In this document: positions 1 through 11,280 of the stretch, one piece after another | Layout: the number at the start of each line of letters is the position of its first letter | Position numbering within the stretch: position 1 is the first letter of the stretch | Assembly (NCBI GenBank): GCA_036172245.1 | Contig: JAYWIR010000019.1 | Location: 1,054,001-1,118,000, forward strand | Length of the DNA stretch: 64,000 nt | Direction: 5' to 3' | Source: Raillietiella orientalis | Taxonomy: Eukaryota | Program-made: the position numbers and the translations under genes | The notes under the pieces: generated by a model | What the model was told of the DNA's origin: nothing | Seen by the model: only the letters and a program-made list of their open reading frames with translations | The model's database searches: none

Positions 1-303
1 CGGGTCACAGAGACCGGGTCCTCTTCCTGCTGCTGGTCGTTCCATTTACAGACACGCACACAGGCGCGAAAGCGTTTTGCTTCCAAAGAAGCCCGTTCTT
101 TGCCAGTTCGAAACGCGGGGTGGGCGGGAGGAGGACGAACGAAGCGCGGTACAAAAGGAACGTTTCGGGGGTTGCTGCGGTTTCCCGTCTCCTCCTCCAC
201 CTCGTCCAACGAGATTTTTCCGCAGCCTCCGCGACAGCTCTCCGTTCGGTACTCCCTTTACGCGCGCCGGCGGCGTCGCTCCCGAGTCGGCGCTGGTCGC
301 GAG

Positions 304-3300
304 ATGGTGGCGGCGAAGTTAGCCTCGACGTTCCTGCTGCTCGCGGGACTCGGAGAACCCGTCTTCCCCCAGGGTGGTGGCACCGTCCTCGACCTGACCT
401 ACCCGTTCAACAACGAGACGATCTACTGGCCCAAGCACCAGAAGTTCGAGCTGAGGGTGGATTTCAAAGGCATGACGAGCGGGGGCTTCTGGTGAGTGTC
501 GCAGCAGACGTGCGAGCACCAGCGGCGGGCACGGACGGGGGGGGGGGAGGCGAGGGGACACGTCCCGCCCGCACCTGACCTTGAAATCCGGGTCGATGCG
601 TTTTTCGCGCGGACACCACCTCGAGGCGGGGAGGAGCGGGTGAAAGGAAGGGGAAGGAGGGGATGGGGAGGGGGAGGAACACATCTACGCGTGGTCGCCG
701 AGCGTGGGGGAGGCTGCGCTGCCAAGCCGGCTGCGTGTGCACTACGCGCGACGCGGGCGTACGGACGGGAGCGAGGAGGGGTGCTCCGTACACGCCTTGG
801 TGCGCGGCGACACTTTCTATCTGCGTTCCCCCGTTTCGCCACCGGCGCGCGCGCGTGCGTGCGTCGTGCGCGCTGCTACGGGACGCGCGCTCATCTCGGC
901 ACGCGTGTTGGACTGACGGGCGACGACACGCTCCCGCGTATGTGCTCGCGCGCGTGGTTTCATCGGGGCGGGATGGGGTGGGGGACGCTTCCCACCCCTT
1001 CCACCACTCGTCCCTACCCCGCGATGGCGCATGCGCGTGTTTCGCCACAGACGGCAACGCCGACGTGCGCGACGTCCAGTGTGTGTGTGTGCATGTGTGT
1101 GTGTGTGTGTGTTTTTTTTTTTTTGGCGAGCACGCCGGGCGAAGACGGAACCTGTCTGCGCGGAGAACAACGGCACTCGGTACACATTCCGGGAGCGGAA
1201 GCACAGCAAAACAGGGATGAAAAAAAAAGGGAAAGTCACTCACCCGAGGCCTCAGTCGCGCCGTGCCTCTATCCTCGAAAGAGGGTGCTGTTTTGATCCC
1301 TTCGACCCTGGGAAGCCTCGAAGTGGGTAAAAGTGGCAACACAGTTCCTCCACGTCGCCCGGCATTGTTACTTTTCCTTGGAGACGGGGGCGCTCGCGTC
1401 ACCGCTCACGTGACCCCGCGACGTTGTGGCCCGGCGCTCGGCTTTTCCCGACGCCCGGCGAATAAGGTCAGCATCGGGGCGCACAAGCGCGAGCCGATCT
1501 CCGCGTTCCTCCGGGTCGGGAACGAGGAAGGAAGGGTGGCGGAGGAGAGAGCCCGCGCGCGCCACCTCGGAAGGTTCCCCGCGCTCCGGCTCGTCCCTCC
1601 CTCCAGCTCTCGAGGGAGCCCCTCCCAGGCCGGGCGCGACGCGCAAGCCCTCCCGTAGTCCTCCTCCCAGGGAGCCTCCAATCACAGGGAGCTTCTCGGT
1701 AGCGCGCCTGCTGCTGCTACCGCGGTGGTTCTTCTTTCGACCCTTCCCTCGTCCGCGGCGCGTCGTCAGCACTCGAGGGGCTCGGTGACCTCAGCGAGCG
1801 TGCGGGTCCAGCTGCGCACCGGGGCTGCGCGCGACCCGGGCGAGGAATACTCGGGTCGCTCCTAACGGACGCGCGCTCCCTCTTAGAGGGGGAAAAAAAA
1901 ATTCTTTCCCGTTGTTCCGGGAGCAGCCGCTTCGCGCGCGAAGATCGCGTTCCTCCTCCGCCATCTCCGGCCGTCGCTTGCCCCGAGCTGCTGCTCGCCC
2001 TGGACCGGCCCGACCCGCGTGCTCGCTGCCTGCGGTGACCTCGCCGCCTCGGCGAAAGCGAGGCCGGCCGAGCGCTCCGCGATTGGCGGGGTCGCTCGCG
2101 GCCGCTCCGTCGCCTCGAGGGAGAGCGGGTGGGTTTAATCCCGGCCCGCGTAAGCCGGGCGGGAACGGAAGGCGTTGAGCCTGCCACTTTCTGAGCGACT
2201 CCCGATCCAGGATGGCGACGCATACGCTGACGACGTCGGAGCACGGCGGGACGCACCTGGATGCCCCGTCCCACTTCTCTGTCACGGGGAGGACGGTGGA
2301 CATGATCCCCGCGGGTGACCTCATCAGCGAAGGTCGGCGGCACCTCTCCGTCCACCGGAGACCCGCCCTACCCGCTTCTTCTCCCCCCCTCTTCTTCCAG
2401 GCATTGTGCTGAGTACAAAGGACGAGGACCGGGCGTCTCCCGACGCGGAACTCCGCGTCGCCGACATCGCGCGCTGGGAGGCTGCGCACGGGAAGATCCG
2501 CAGCGGCGTCATTGTACTGGTCCGCACAGGATGGGGACGCTTCTGGGGCAACAAAAGCGCCTACCTCGGGTCTTCCGCCGACAGCGCCCACGACCTCCGC
2601 TTTCCAGGCGAGTTCTGCTGCGGGAACCGCCCTGCGCCTCTTCCGGCAGTACCATGGGCGGGGCGGTCCTACAGCTCTAGCCTCCCTTTCCCCGCCGTAG
2701 GCGACGCCCCGCCTGCGGGCAGAGGTCCTCCTCGGCGGCCCCAGGCGTCCGGTCCTCTCCGAGCGGCGTTGCGATGCGACGGAAGTGTCTTCACCGCTCC
2801 TCCTGCAGCCGCGGAGGAGTTCGGGGCGTGGGAGGGGAGAGAGGAGGATTCTGAGAGCAGGGCTGGCCCCCCTGCCCTGGCTTGGAAGATGCTCCCCGAG
2901 GTGGGAGGGGGTGAACTCTCCCCTTGACCCCGCAGCCGCTCGAGGGCGGGAAAAGTTGCGCCCCGTCTCCTCCTCCTGTTGCTGTGATTTTTCCCTCCTC
3001 CTCTTCCTCGTCCATTCCTCTTCTTCCTTCCCTCTCTCCCCGTACTGCACTGAGTCCCCTCTTCCTCCCTTTTGCAGGAGTGTCGTACGAGGCCGCCAAG
3101 GCGCTAGTTCAGAGGTCGGTACGCGCGGTGGGCATCGACACGGCGTCTCTGGACCCCGGGAGGTCCAGGGACTTCCTAGTCCACCAGGCGCTCGCCGCAG
3201 CCGACATCTACGGGATCGAGAACGTCGCCAACATGCATTTGCTGCCCGAGACGGGCTTCCGGCTGGTGGTGGCCCCGATGAAGATCGAGGGAGGCAGCGG

Positions 3301-3475
3301 AGGGCCCTGCCGGGTGCTTGCCATCATGGACGGGGACCTTCTGCAGCCCTCTTCGGGAGTGCGCTTGGTGCTTCTCGCACGCCCCTTCTCGGCTACCCAG
3401 TCCTCGCTGCTGCTGCCTCTGCCACTGCTTCCGTATGGAGTTCAGTGGATCGCCTGGAGGTCGCTCACACCGTGA
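304..3475 (+). CDS. Cyclase-family metal-dependent hydrolase (kynurenine formamidase KynB/isatin hydrolase-like) with signal peptide; 4 exons
   Basis: Exons 304-491, 2211-2332, 2401-2607, 3078-3475 join in frame. Motifs: DLTYPF...TIYWP, the family signature SEHGGTHLDAPSHF, VLVRTGW, FPG, VGIDTASLD, YGIENVANM and PMKIEGGSGGPCRV. N-terminus MVAAKLASTFLLLAGLG is hydrophobic. Intron 3 is GC-AG. Confidence 0.92.
1079..1124. repeat. Interrupted (GT)n microsatellite followed by poly-T, in cyclase intron 1
   Basis: Directly visible gtgtgt...gt followed by a T run. Confidence 0.85.
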
Positions 3476-3557
3476 TCACCGGCAGCAACCTCTCTTCTCC
3501 TCCTCCTCCCCCACCGGAACCCCCTCCCCGGCGCCGGGACGCTGCCTACTCTCCCCT

Positions 3558-3584
3558 AATAAAACCTCTTGTGGAATAAAACCT
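3558..3584 (+). terminator. Duplicated polyadenylation signal (AATAAAACCT x2) of the cyclase gene
   Basis: AATAAA at 3558 and 3575, about 80-100 nt after the TGA ending at 3475, each within the repeated 10-mer AATAAAACCT. Confidence 0.6.
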
Positions 3585-5588
3585 ACCCCGGGATGCGCGG
3601 GAGGGAACGATCTCTCAGCTCCTCATACTGCTCCCAGCACGTCATGGCTCCGGGTCTTTGGGACACGGAGAGGTCAGTGGGGTCACCACCCCTGCCAGAG
3701 GTAGGGGTGTGGTGCGAAAACCTGGACTCGGCTCCAGCCTGGACTCCGATCTTTCACCACTCCAGCTATCTTCGGTCCGCCTCTCACGCGATCCGGCAGG
3801 GAGTAACTCTCTCTCCAGCGTGTGCACAGCAACTCTTTGTCGAAGGATAACCCTTGAGCACCTCCGGGTCCTCAGTGCCCAGAGTCTCTTCTGATGTCGG
3901 ATATCAAAGATGAGAGGGGCCTCCGTACTGTTGGCAGAAAGCATCCTGCTCCATGTCGTCTTGCAAGACAGAAACGTGCCTCCGAGACGTTGCTGCTTCC
4001 CTTGCCCTCGTGAAGCCAAAGGGACCTTTCGAGACATCGCTTGCACATCTCGAGAAGACATCGATGCGCCGCCCGCACCTTTTGTCGAGTGGTTACTTAC
4101 TTCCAGGGTGCGTCCCTCGCTTACGGGTAGCAGAAGTCTGCCCGCTTCCGGCGTGTCTTCGACTCGTAGTCCGCCGCCGTCTCTGTGTAGAGCGTCTTCT
4201 CTCTTCACCCGTTCTCTCTTCACGTCCTCTCGACTTCGCCTTGCCTCCTTCCCTCCCTCGCTGTTTCAAGCACTGATTTTGGTCTTGCATCTTTTACCTG
4301 CCTCCCTCTTGGAGGTTTCGGAACCTCTTGTTCTATCCCGTGCGTCGGACACTTCTTGCGATCGTAAAATCCCTATCACCTCCGTCAACTCTCTAGGCAG
4401 ATCGACACTATCTTGAGATTGTGTTGAGATGATCAAAGAGGGTCTCTTCTTGGTTGCTCTGAAAGATTCCCCGGGGAACGAGGACTCCAAAGCTTCTTTT
4501 CGGATTCAGAATTCTCCGGTCCTCATCCTCCCGTTTCCGAGTGGCGAACATACAAACAGTAGTTGCATGGAGAGGGCGCGAGGGGATGCAGTGAGCAGAT
4601 AGTGGTTGGTAAGCGGAATTCAGACACAGATGTACTTAAAGAACAAACGCAAAACCAGTTTTAATTGCGAGTTAAAAAAAAAAAAAAAGCTATCCGGAGG
4701 ATGCATCGAAAAGATAGCCGTGCTTTCAAATCACAAGCGGGAATCTGTGCTATTCCTCTTCACATATTCGCTTACGTGAATGACTCCTGTTGCAATTGTC
4801 AAGATCATCATCCCCAGGTTTCAAAGGATGTTCTCACTTCAAAATACAACGCAACTAAACACGAATCATGCCCTGTTTACTTGAGCTGTATTTTTTTTTC
4901 TTGTTCAGCAGAAATACATCCATTATTCATGGACAAAAAGGGACAAAAAAATACAAAATAAAACCATTCAGAATTACTCAAGATAACAGATGCATTAGCG
5001 AGACAATGTCAGTACTTGATTTGGGGAAGACGGATGCTTCTTTTAGCAGAAATTCCTTATGAATAAGTTTGTTAAACCTAAAAGTTTGCCTGAGAATGGA
5101 AATCTTGAATTCACACAGCCCAGAAAACACACACGAAAAAAAATGAATTCTTCAGCAAGTCTCCTGTTGTCGAACATCACAATGAGTTAGCAATCTATTG
5201 AATTCTATGTTTCTTGTTTTTTGTTCTGTAATGAGATCTTGGAATTTACATAGTTACTCAAACATAAAACACCACGGAACTAACATCGAGTGAATACCGG
5301 CCAAGATGTGATTAATGATGAAATCATGCGATGCGTTAATTTTACGTATTTCATTTCATTCGGTTATTAATGTAATTCTGTCCATTTGTTAGTAAAATTT
5401 ATTTAATCGGTTCACGCTTGTGCTAATAGATTGCAGAATTTTTAACATACATCAGGAACTACGCAAGCTTCGGGTTGATAGAGGATTTATCTAAAAAAGG
5501 TATATTCTTGTATCTTGTTTTTTTTAGGCCATAATGGGTACCCCTACCAGAGGAGAATTTTTTTCTTGCTGGCAGGCACGAGATTAAC

Positions 5589-8500
5589 ATGGCCAAGCGA
5601 CTATGTACTAGCGATCTGGATTTGGACAATTTAGATGATGATGAACCGGAAGAAAAAGGAACCTATACACTTGCTTCAGAAGAAGAAATATCCCACAGAA
5701 TTATTAAACGAGCACGTAGGCGCTTTTCAAATCAAGTGAGTTGAAGGGACCCCTTTTTTTTTTACGTGCTTTCTTTCACCCTTTAAGTAGTAGTTCCGTG
5801 CGTAAAAGTGTTGAACGTTTCGAGTTTTTCCTGAAGGATATGCGGTCTTGACGGCTGTTTTGCTGGTTATTGGGGAATTAGGATGAGAGAAGTCATTTTT
5901 TGACGTTTCCGTGCACGAGTCCGCCGAAACGAATCTGTATTTTTGGATGCGTTAGCTACTTAGATCAAGCCTTTGGCTTGCAAAAGGTTCTGATCTCGTA
6001 TGTCGTTATCAGAAAATATGAAAACTTCCAGGAAAGCTGTTTACAGAAGGTGTTCCTGACACTTTTTAATTTCCTAATCATTGGTAGCATGCATGGCAGG
6101 ATTTGTCAACATTTTTAAATTGAGGTCATGTTTGTATGAGGTATTTTGCATTGTAAGAGTTTCATTTTGCTTTAAGTTCGGTGTGCAACGAGGTTCTGCA
6201 AAACTGTAGAATGCAGTGGTTTCTTTGGCTAAAGAAGTGAAGATAGTGTAGTGTAGACTTGTAGACGTTTGAACTTTTTTTCTTTTCTTTCCTGGACTCA
6301 TATTTTTATCTCCGTAGGGTTGTTGGCCTCCCAAACTAGATCCTCGTATAAGGAACTTGGATGAAATTTTTAAAACTTTTTCCTAATGATCGATTGTATT
6401 TTGTCAAGACTTCAGTTTGATGAATAGCTGCCTGCTTTCTGAAAGTGAAATGTTTGCAAGCAGTTAATTAAGCATAGTTGCAAAGGTCAATATCATGTTG
6501 CACCCAATGATCCGGAATTTCCCTCTAGTTTCAGTTTCTTATGGCTTGAATTTTGCACACCAGTAATGTGAGAGAGTGCTAAAATAGTTCTTAGGTTAGT
6601 ATACTTTACTTGACGGACCTTCATTTCATTTGTACTTCATAGTCACATCGTTCTGATTTTCTTTTCTTGTTTATTGTAGAGTGGTTGTGCAGGAATTAGT
6701 GATCGAACATCATGAGTTTAGCTTTTGACAATGTTAAAGAATTCCATAGCAGTTGAATTTTTGTATTTTGGCCTCCCATGAGCAAGTACCATGTACTTCT
6801 GGCCTGATATTTGTGTTGACTAGAAAATAGTTCTTATCTTCAAACTGATCTTGTTAACAAAGTATGTGCTGAAATTATTCAGGTGTAAGGAATTTAAATG
6901 TCATCATGAAACTTACTTTGTTATAGCGTAGAAATAATGAAGTGTTTAATTTACTTGGTTATAATGAATTTTTTTTATGAAATATGAATTAAACAAAGCT
7001 GTATGTCTGTGATGCATTTATATGTACATAAATCTTTCACTCAATTATCTGGATTTATGTATAGAAAAAGTCTTCCAATTCTGCATCGAGTCATTACCAA
7101 ATTTCCTTACAAGTAACACCCTAAGTATTTGGAGGTGGGATTGTTTATACTGAGGTCACTTGTTCAATTCCAATGCAAAGTGAAAGCCAATATCTCAAGC
7201 AACGTATTTAATATTTCACGTGGATTGTGTGCATGATGTCGAATTAGACGAGCAGCTTGCCTATTGAATCAATACACATTTAACTATATATAAAGGAAAG
7301 CTATTGATTATGTGTGGGCAGAATGGTATTTTAAAATATCTCCATAAAAACTCAAATGTAAACTGCATACAAAAAAGATAAACCAGATCTTTTGAGGCTT
7401 TTTTTATATGTCTATTAATCCGTACATCGCATTTAGTGGCTACTTTATTGTACAGACAAAAATTTGTATTAGAAGGCAACTGGTATATAAAGTATAGTTT
7501 GACTATATCAAAGAAATCATAATACAGGATACAGAAGTATCATCACAGATCATAATGCAGCAGAACTTTTAAAACATTTAAATATTCGTTTATGCTTCAT
7601 GTGAATATAGTTGTGACTGTGTAGAAATGAATATGTAATGTTTAATGCACTTCTAACATTAACACAGTTTATTCGGGAGTTTGAAAAAGACATGTTTTCC
7701 AGAACAAAACAAATGCCGTTAATCCTTTTCAAAATTTCTCCAGTTTCGTTTTGCCATCAAGTTCCAATAGCACACCTAACACAGGTTTTGAATTTTTGAA
7801 ATCCATGAAAATCAACCAGAGTGGAATGAGTACATCAGATCCAGATGTTAACAAGGAATCAGTAAAAGACTCGGAACCTGCAACTGCACAATCTGATGGG
7901 TTCTTGCATATGTTGAGAGCCTTGAATGAGGGTTTGCTATTGTGGATTAAGCAGCACTTAGATAAAAATCCGTACTGTGATTTGACCCCTGTATTTAATG
8001 ATTACAAAAAACATCTTAGTGACTTAGAAACAAAATATAAAAGTTCATTAAAAAATGATAATGTGGAGTTAATTAAACCAAGTGCTGTAGAAGAAAGCAA
8101 AGTTTCTTCTGAGTCTTCACAAAAATTTTTTACAAGCCTTCGTAGTACTGAAGTTCAAATAAAGTAAGTTGGATCAGTTTATACTTTGTTTTTTAACATA
8201 ACATTTAAGAGACAGCACAAATAAAGAAGCAGAGTGTGGACTTCCAAAACAACCTGTAAGGTAACAGCTTTCAAACTTTGGTGAATACATCATTTTAATA
8301 GTGCTCATTTTAATTTTTGATTTATAGTTTTTTTAACACATTGGAAAGGACTCAGAATATTGATCCTCTGGACAAAGCTGTATTGCAGAAGTCAGCATTT
8401 TCGTTTGTGAGGTTGGTAGTTTGTGAAACAATTAATGTTTTTACACATTGAGTATATTACATTTGTATTTAATTTACAATTTTGTGGTTTTTAAAATAGT

Positions 8501-11240
8501 TTATGTTTGAATTTTTAAAATAGTTTATGTTCAGCTTTTAATGTGATTCTTCACAATGATTATGGCATCCTGGGTTTTTTACATAGTGGTTTTTGTTGTA
8601 GCATTTAGGTGTGTAGTGAGTATTGTGGGGTGCTTAAATATTAAGAACTGAATCAAACATGAGATTGCAAATGTAACAGCAGATTTAACTTGTGAGTGTG
8701 TAAGGGAAAGTGTACACTTTCTGACAGAACAGTAATTTAGGATCTAAACATTAAGTGTAATAGCTTGTTGTCTGGTCATCTTATTCTTTCAATTGTCCAA
8801 AATATATTATGGAATGAAGTAGTCAAATGAAGTAGTCATTTGAAGTTCTCTGCTGGAAGACCTGGAAATTTATTAACATTAGGAACCTACTTCAAAAACT
8901 GCATGTAAGAAAAACCTTGTGAGATGCCAGTTAGGCATAATCAACATGGCTCAATGCTTTAAAATACACTGGTGCAGGAAAAGATGAAAAATGTTTTATC
9001 TTCCTCTTAAATATTCTTAGGATGTAGCTCTTATAAAAAGCAAAGATCCGACTGATGCCTCTATAGTTTTTTTTTTTTTTTTTTTTTTCAAAATAAAAGA
9101 TTTGCGACATTTGTATTAGTTACTCCATTACAAGAGAGAATTCTTGATATTAAGCATCGTGTTTGCATGCAAGATTGAACTAAGTACATCAGCTGCATCA
9201 CACATGTAACTCATTCATTGAATTTAATGGTTTAATACCTTATTCATTGAAAAAATAATCAATGTTCACTGACAAGTAATATTTTAGGATTCACTAATGA
9301 AAATAGACATTTGTCTTTCTTTTCCTGAAAAGATTATGTGCTTTTTGAAATGTGCAATTTGCGAAACACTTAGTTCTTGCCAATTTAGGCTATTGCAAAT
9401 GCAACAAGTGGAAAGAGAATCATAGCAAATATGTGGTTGCAGTTGTGATTGAGAAGTGAATTAAGAATTATTTTCGTTCACATTCTGCTTTTTGGTTAGT
9501 TGAGAAAAACACGTTTATAGTCAACTTCGGTTTTTAAAGATATCCAATTTATATTTGTCTAAGTTTTTTTGTCACGTGGAGCATTTCTAGATGCCTGCTT
9601 CTTTTTAAGTGCAGTGCCACTTCACTTAAAATGGAATACAGTTAAAGCAAATTCCAGATAGACAATGCAAATTTTGTTGCTGGTTATTCTATGAAACCTA
9701 GAGCAGAAAACTAAGTAACCTTTTCACTGGACTGCAAAACATGAATGCAGTTTTACGATCCTCAGTTGTGATTGAATCCTCAGTTCAGTTTGTTGTTGCC
9801 ACCATGCATGACACTGAACCTCTAACAAGCATGGAATGTGTACATTGTATTGAAAGTGTGTGATAACCATACTTGCAATCACCATAGGTAGGGTGGCAGC
9901 AGATCAGCACTTGAATGAGATGATACATCAGGTGCTTAATACATCATGTTCTTAACCTTCCTTCCTTGCTAGTCCCAAGAATTTCCTGAGGTATGCAAGT
10001 CATAAATAGAAAATATACCATGCCCATCTGTGAAAAATTATGATACAGAAGTTCAGGTTTCAGTTACTAGACAATAGTGGCAAGATAAAAAGGAGCATCT
10101 TATGTTTGGTCACAGGGAAATAAACCTTTTGAGCTTACCTCCTGCAATGAAACTGTCCTCTAGTAAATTGGAAATTTTGATTTATTCCTGGTTCTAGCTC
10201 TTTGATTCGAAAGTGTGCATCTGTTTTTGTTTCAAAAGCCATATTTTGTGATGTTGAAGGACCCAGACTGTAGTTTTTAATTTTATTGTGTGGAACTTAG
10301 ATCAGAGTTCTAACTTTTGCTCCACAATAAATCAATTTGAAAAGAAAATTTAATGTATTTCGTTGTTTCAGTGTGTCCGAAGGAAATGAAAGATTGCTGT
10401 TTTAGCTAGCAGTTGTACTGTTTTCAAACATTATTCATGAACTTTCAGTGACAGTAATAAGTTTTAAAGAAATAGCTCCATAAATTAAGAAAACATAAAC
10501 ATGCATTTTTGCATTGTAGCTCTACAAAGTAGATGTAGATTGATATCCAGAATGAAATTCTTGTAGTTATTAAAGGGTAACTGGGTCTGCATAAACAGAG
10601 AATTACAGATTCAAACTGAATTCAAATTGAAATATTCAAATTGAATTTGAAAATTTGTACTAGTTTCCATGTTTTTTGTGTTTGACAATTTTCAGCCAAC
10701 ATGATTGGATGATTTGTGCTGTTACTTTCTTAATTGTCATGCAGATTGAACTGCACACTGTTTATGTTTCAGCGACAATTGTACTCAAGAGCACAGACCA
10801 GAAACAGAAGAAACAGAGGAACCTCCCAAGGTGCAGGAAGTTCAGATCAGTGAAGACGATGCTTTATTTTCTCAGAGGTAGCTTTATATGACTGAATATG
10901 TAGTTCATTTGTGTGCTTAACCAGGTGTAAACTGTATTATAAGAAAGATGATGCTTTCATATCCAAAGGAATTGGCATGTTACATGTTAAAAAAACAAAC
11001 ACAGAAAAGGTTCAGTTATTGATGCGTGCCAATACTGGTCTGGGCAATATATTGTTGAATATTTTGCTACAGTCAGATATCCCTATTACGCTGAAAGACA
11101 ATAATATTATTTTTGTGTGCATTCCTAATCCTCCCTTTTTTGCAAGTGATGAACAAAAACCAATGCCCTTATTATTCAAAATGAAAACTGAAGAAGAGGC
11201 AAACAATTTATATCAGCAACTATTGAAATTTAGACAATAA
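5589..11240 (+). CDS. NUP50: Nuclear pore complex protein Nup50; 6 exons
   Basis: Exons 5589-5735, 7703-8163, ~8209-8260, ~8328-8411, 10773-10877, 10925-11240 with consistent phases. N-terminal importin-alpha-binding segment MAKR...GTYTLASEEEISHRIIKRARRR; central LRALNEGLLLWIKQHLDKNPYCDLTPVFNDYKKHL; C-terminal RanBP1-like domain EPPKV...CKLYYKKD...KGIGMLH...QLLMRANTGLGNILLN. Confidence 0.93.
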
Positions 11241-11280
11241 ATATGTATTTCATTTTCATCTTTATCTACTGGTCCTTATA

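Noticed and set aside
464..3050. Long overlapping ORFs (312, 266, 419 aa etc.) in the GC-rich start of the window
   Set aside because: They are Arg/Pro/Ala-rich translations of cyclase introns or antisense strand, run through microsatellites, and are expected from stop-codon scarcity at high GC.
8488..8531. 20-bp tandem duplication TTTTTAAAATAGTTTATGTT in a Nup50 intron (similar short duplication at ~41030-41060)
   Set aside because: Ordinary slippage duplication with no further structure.
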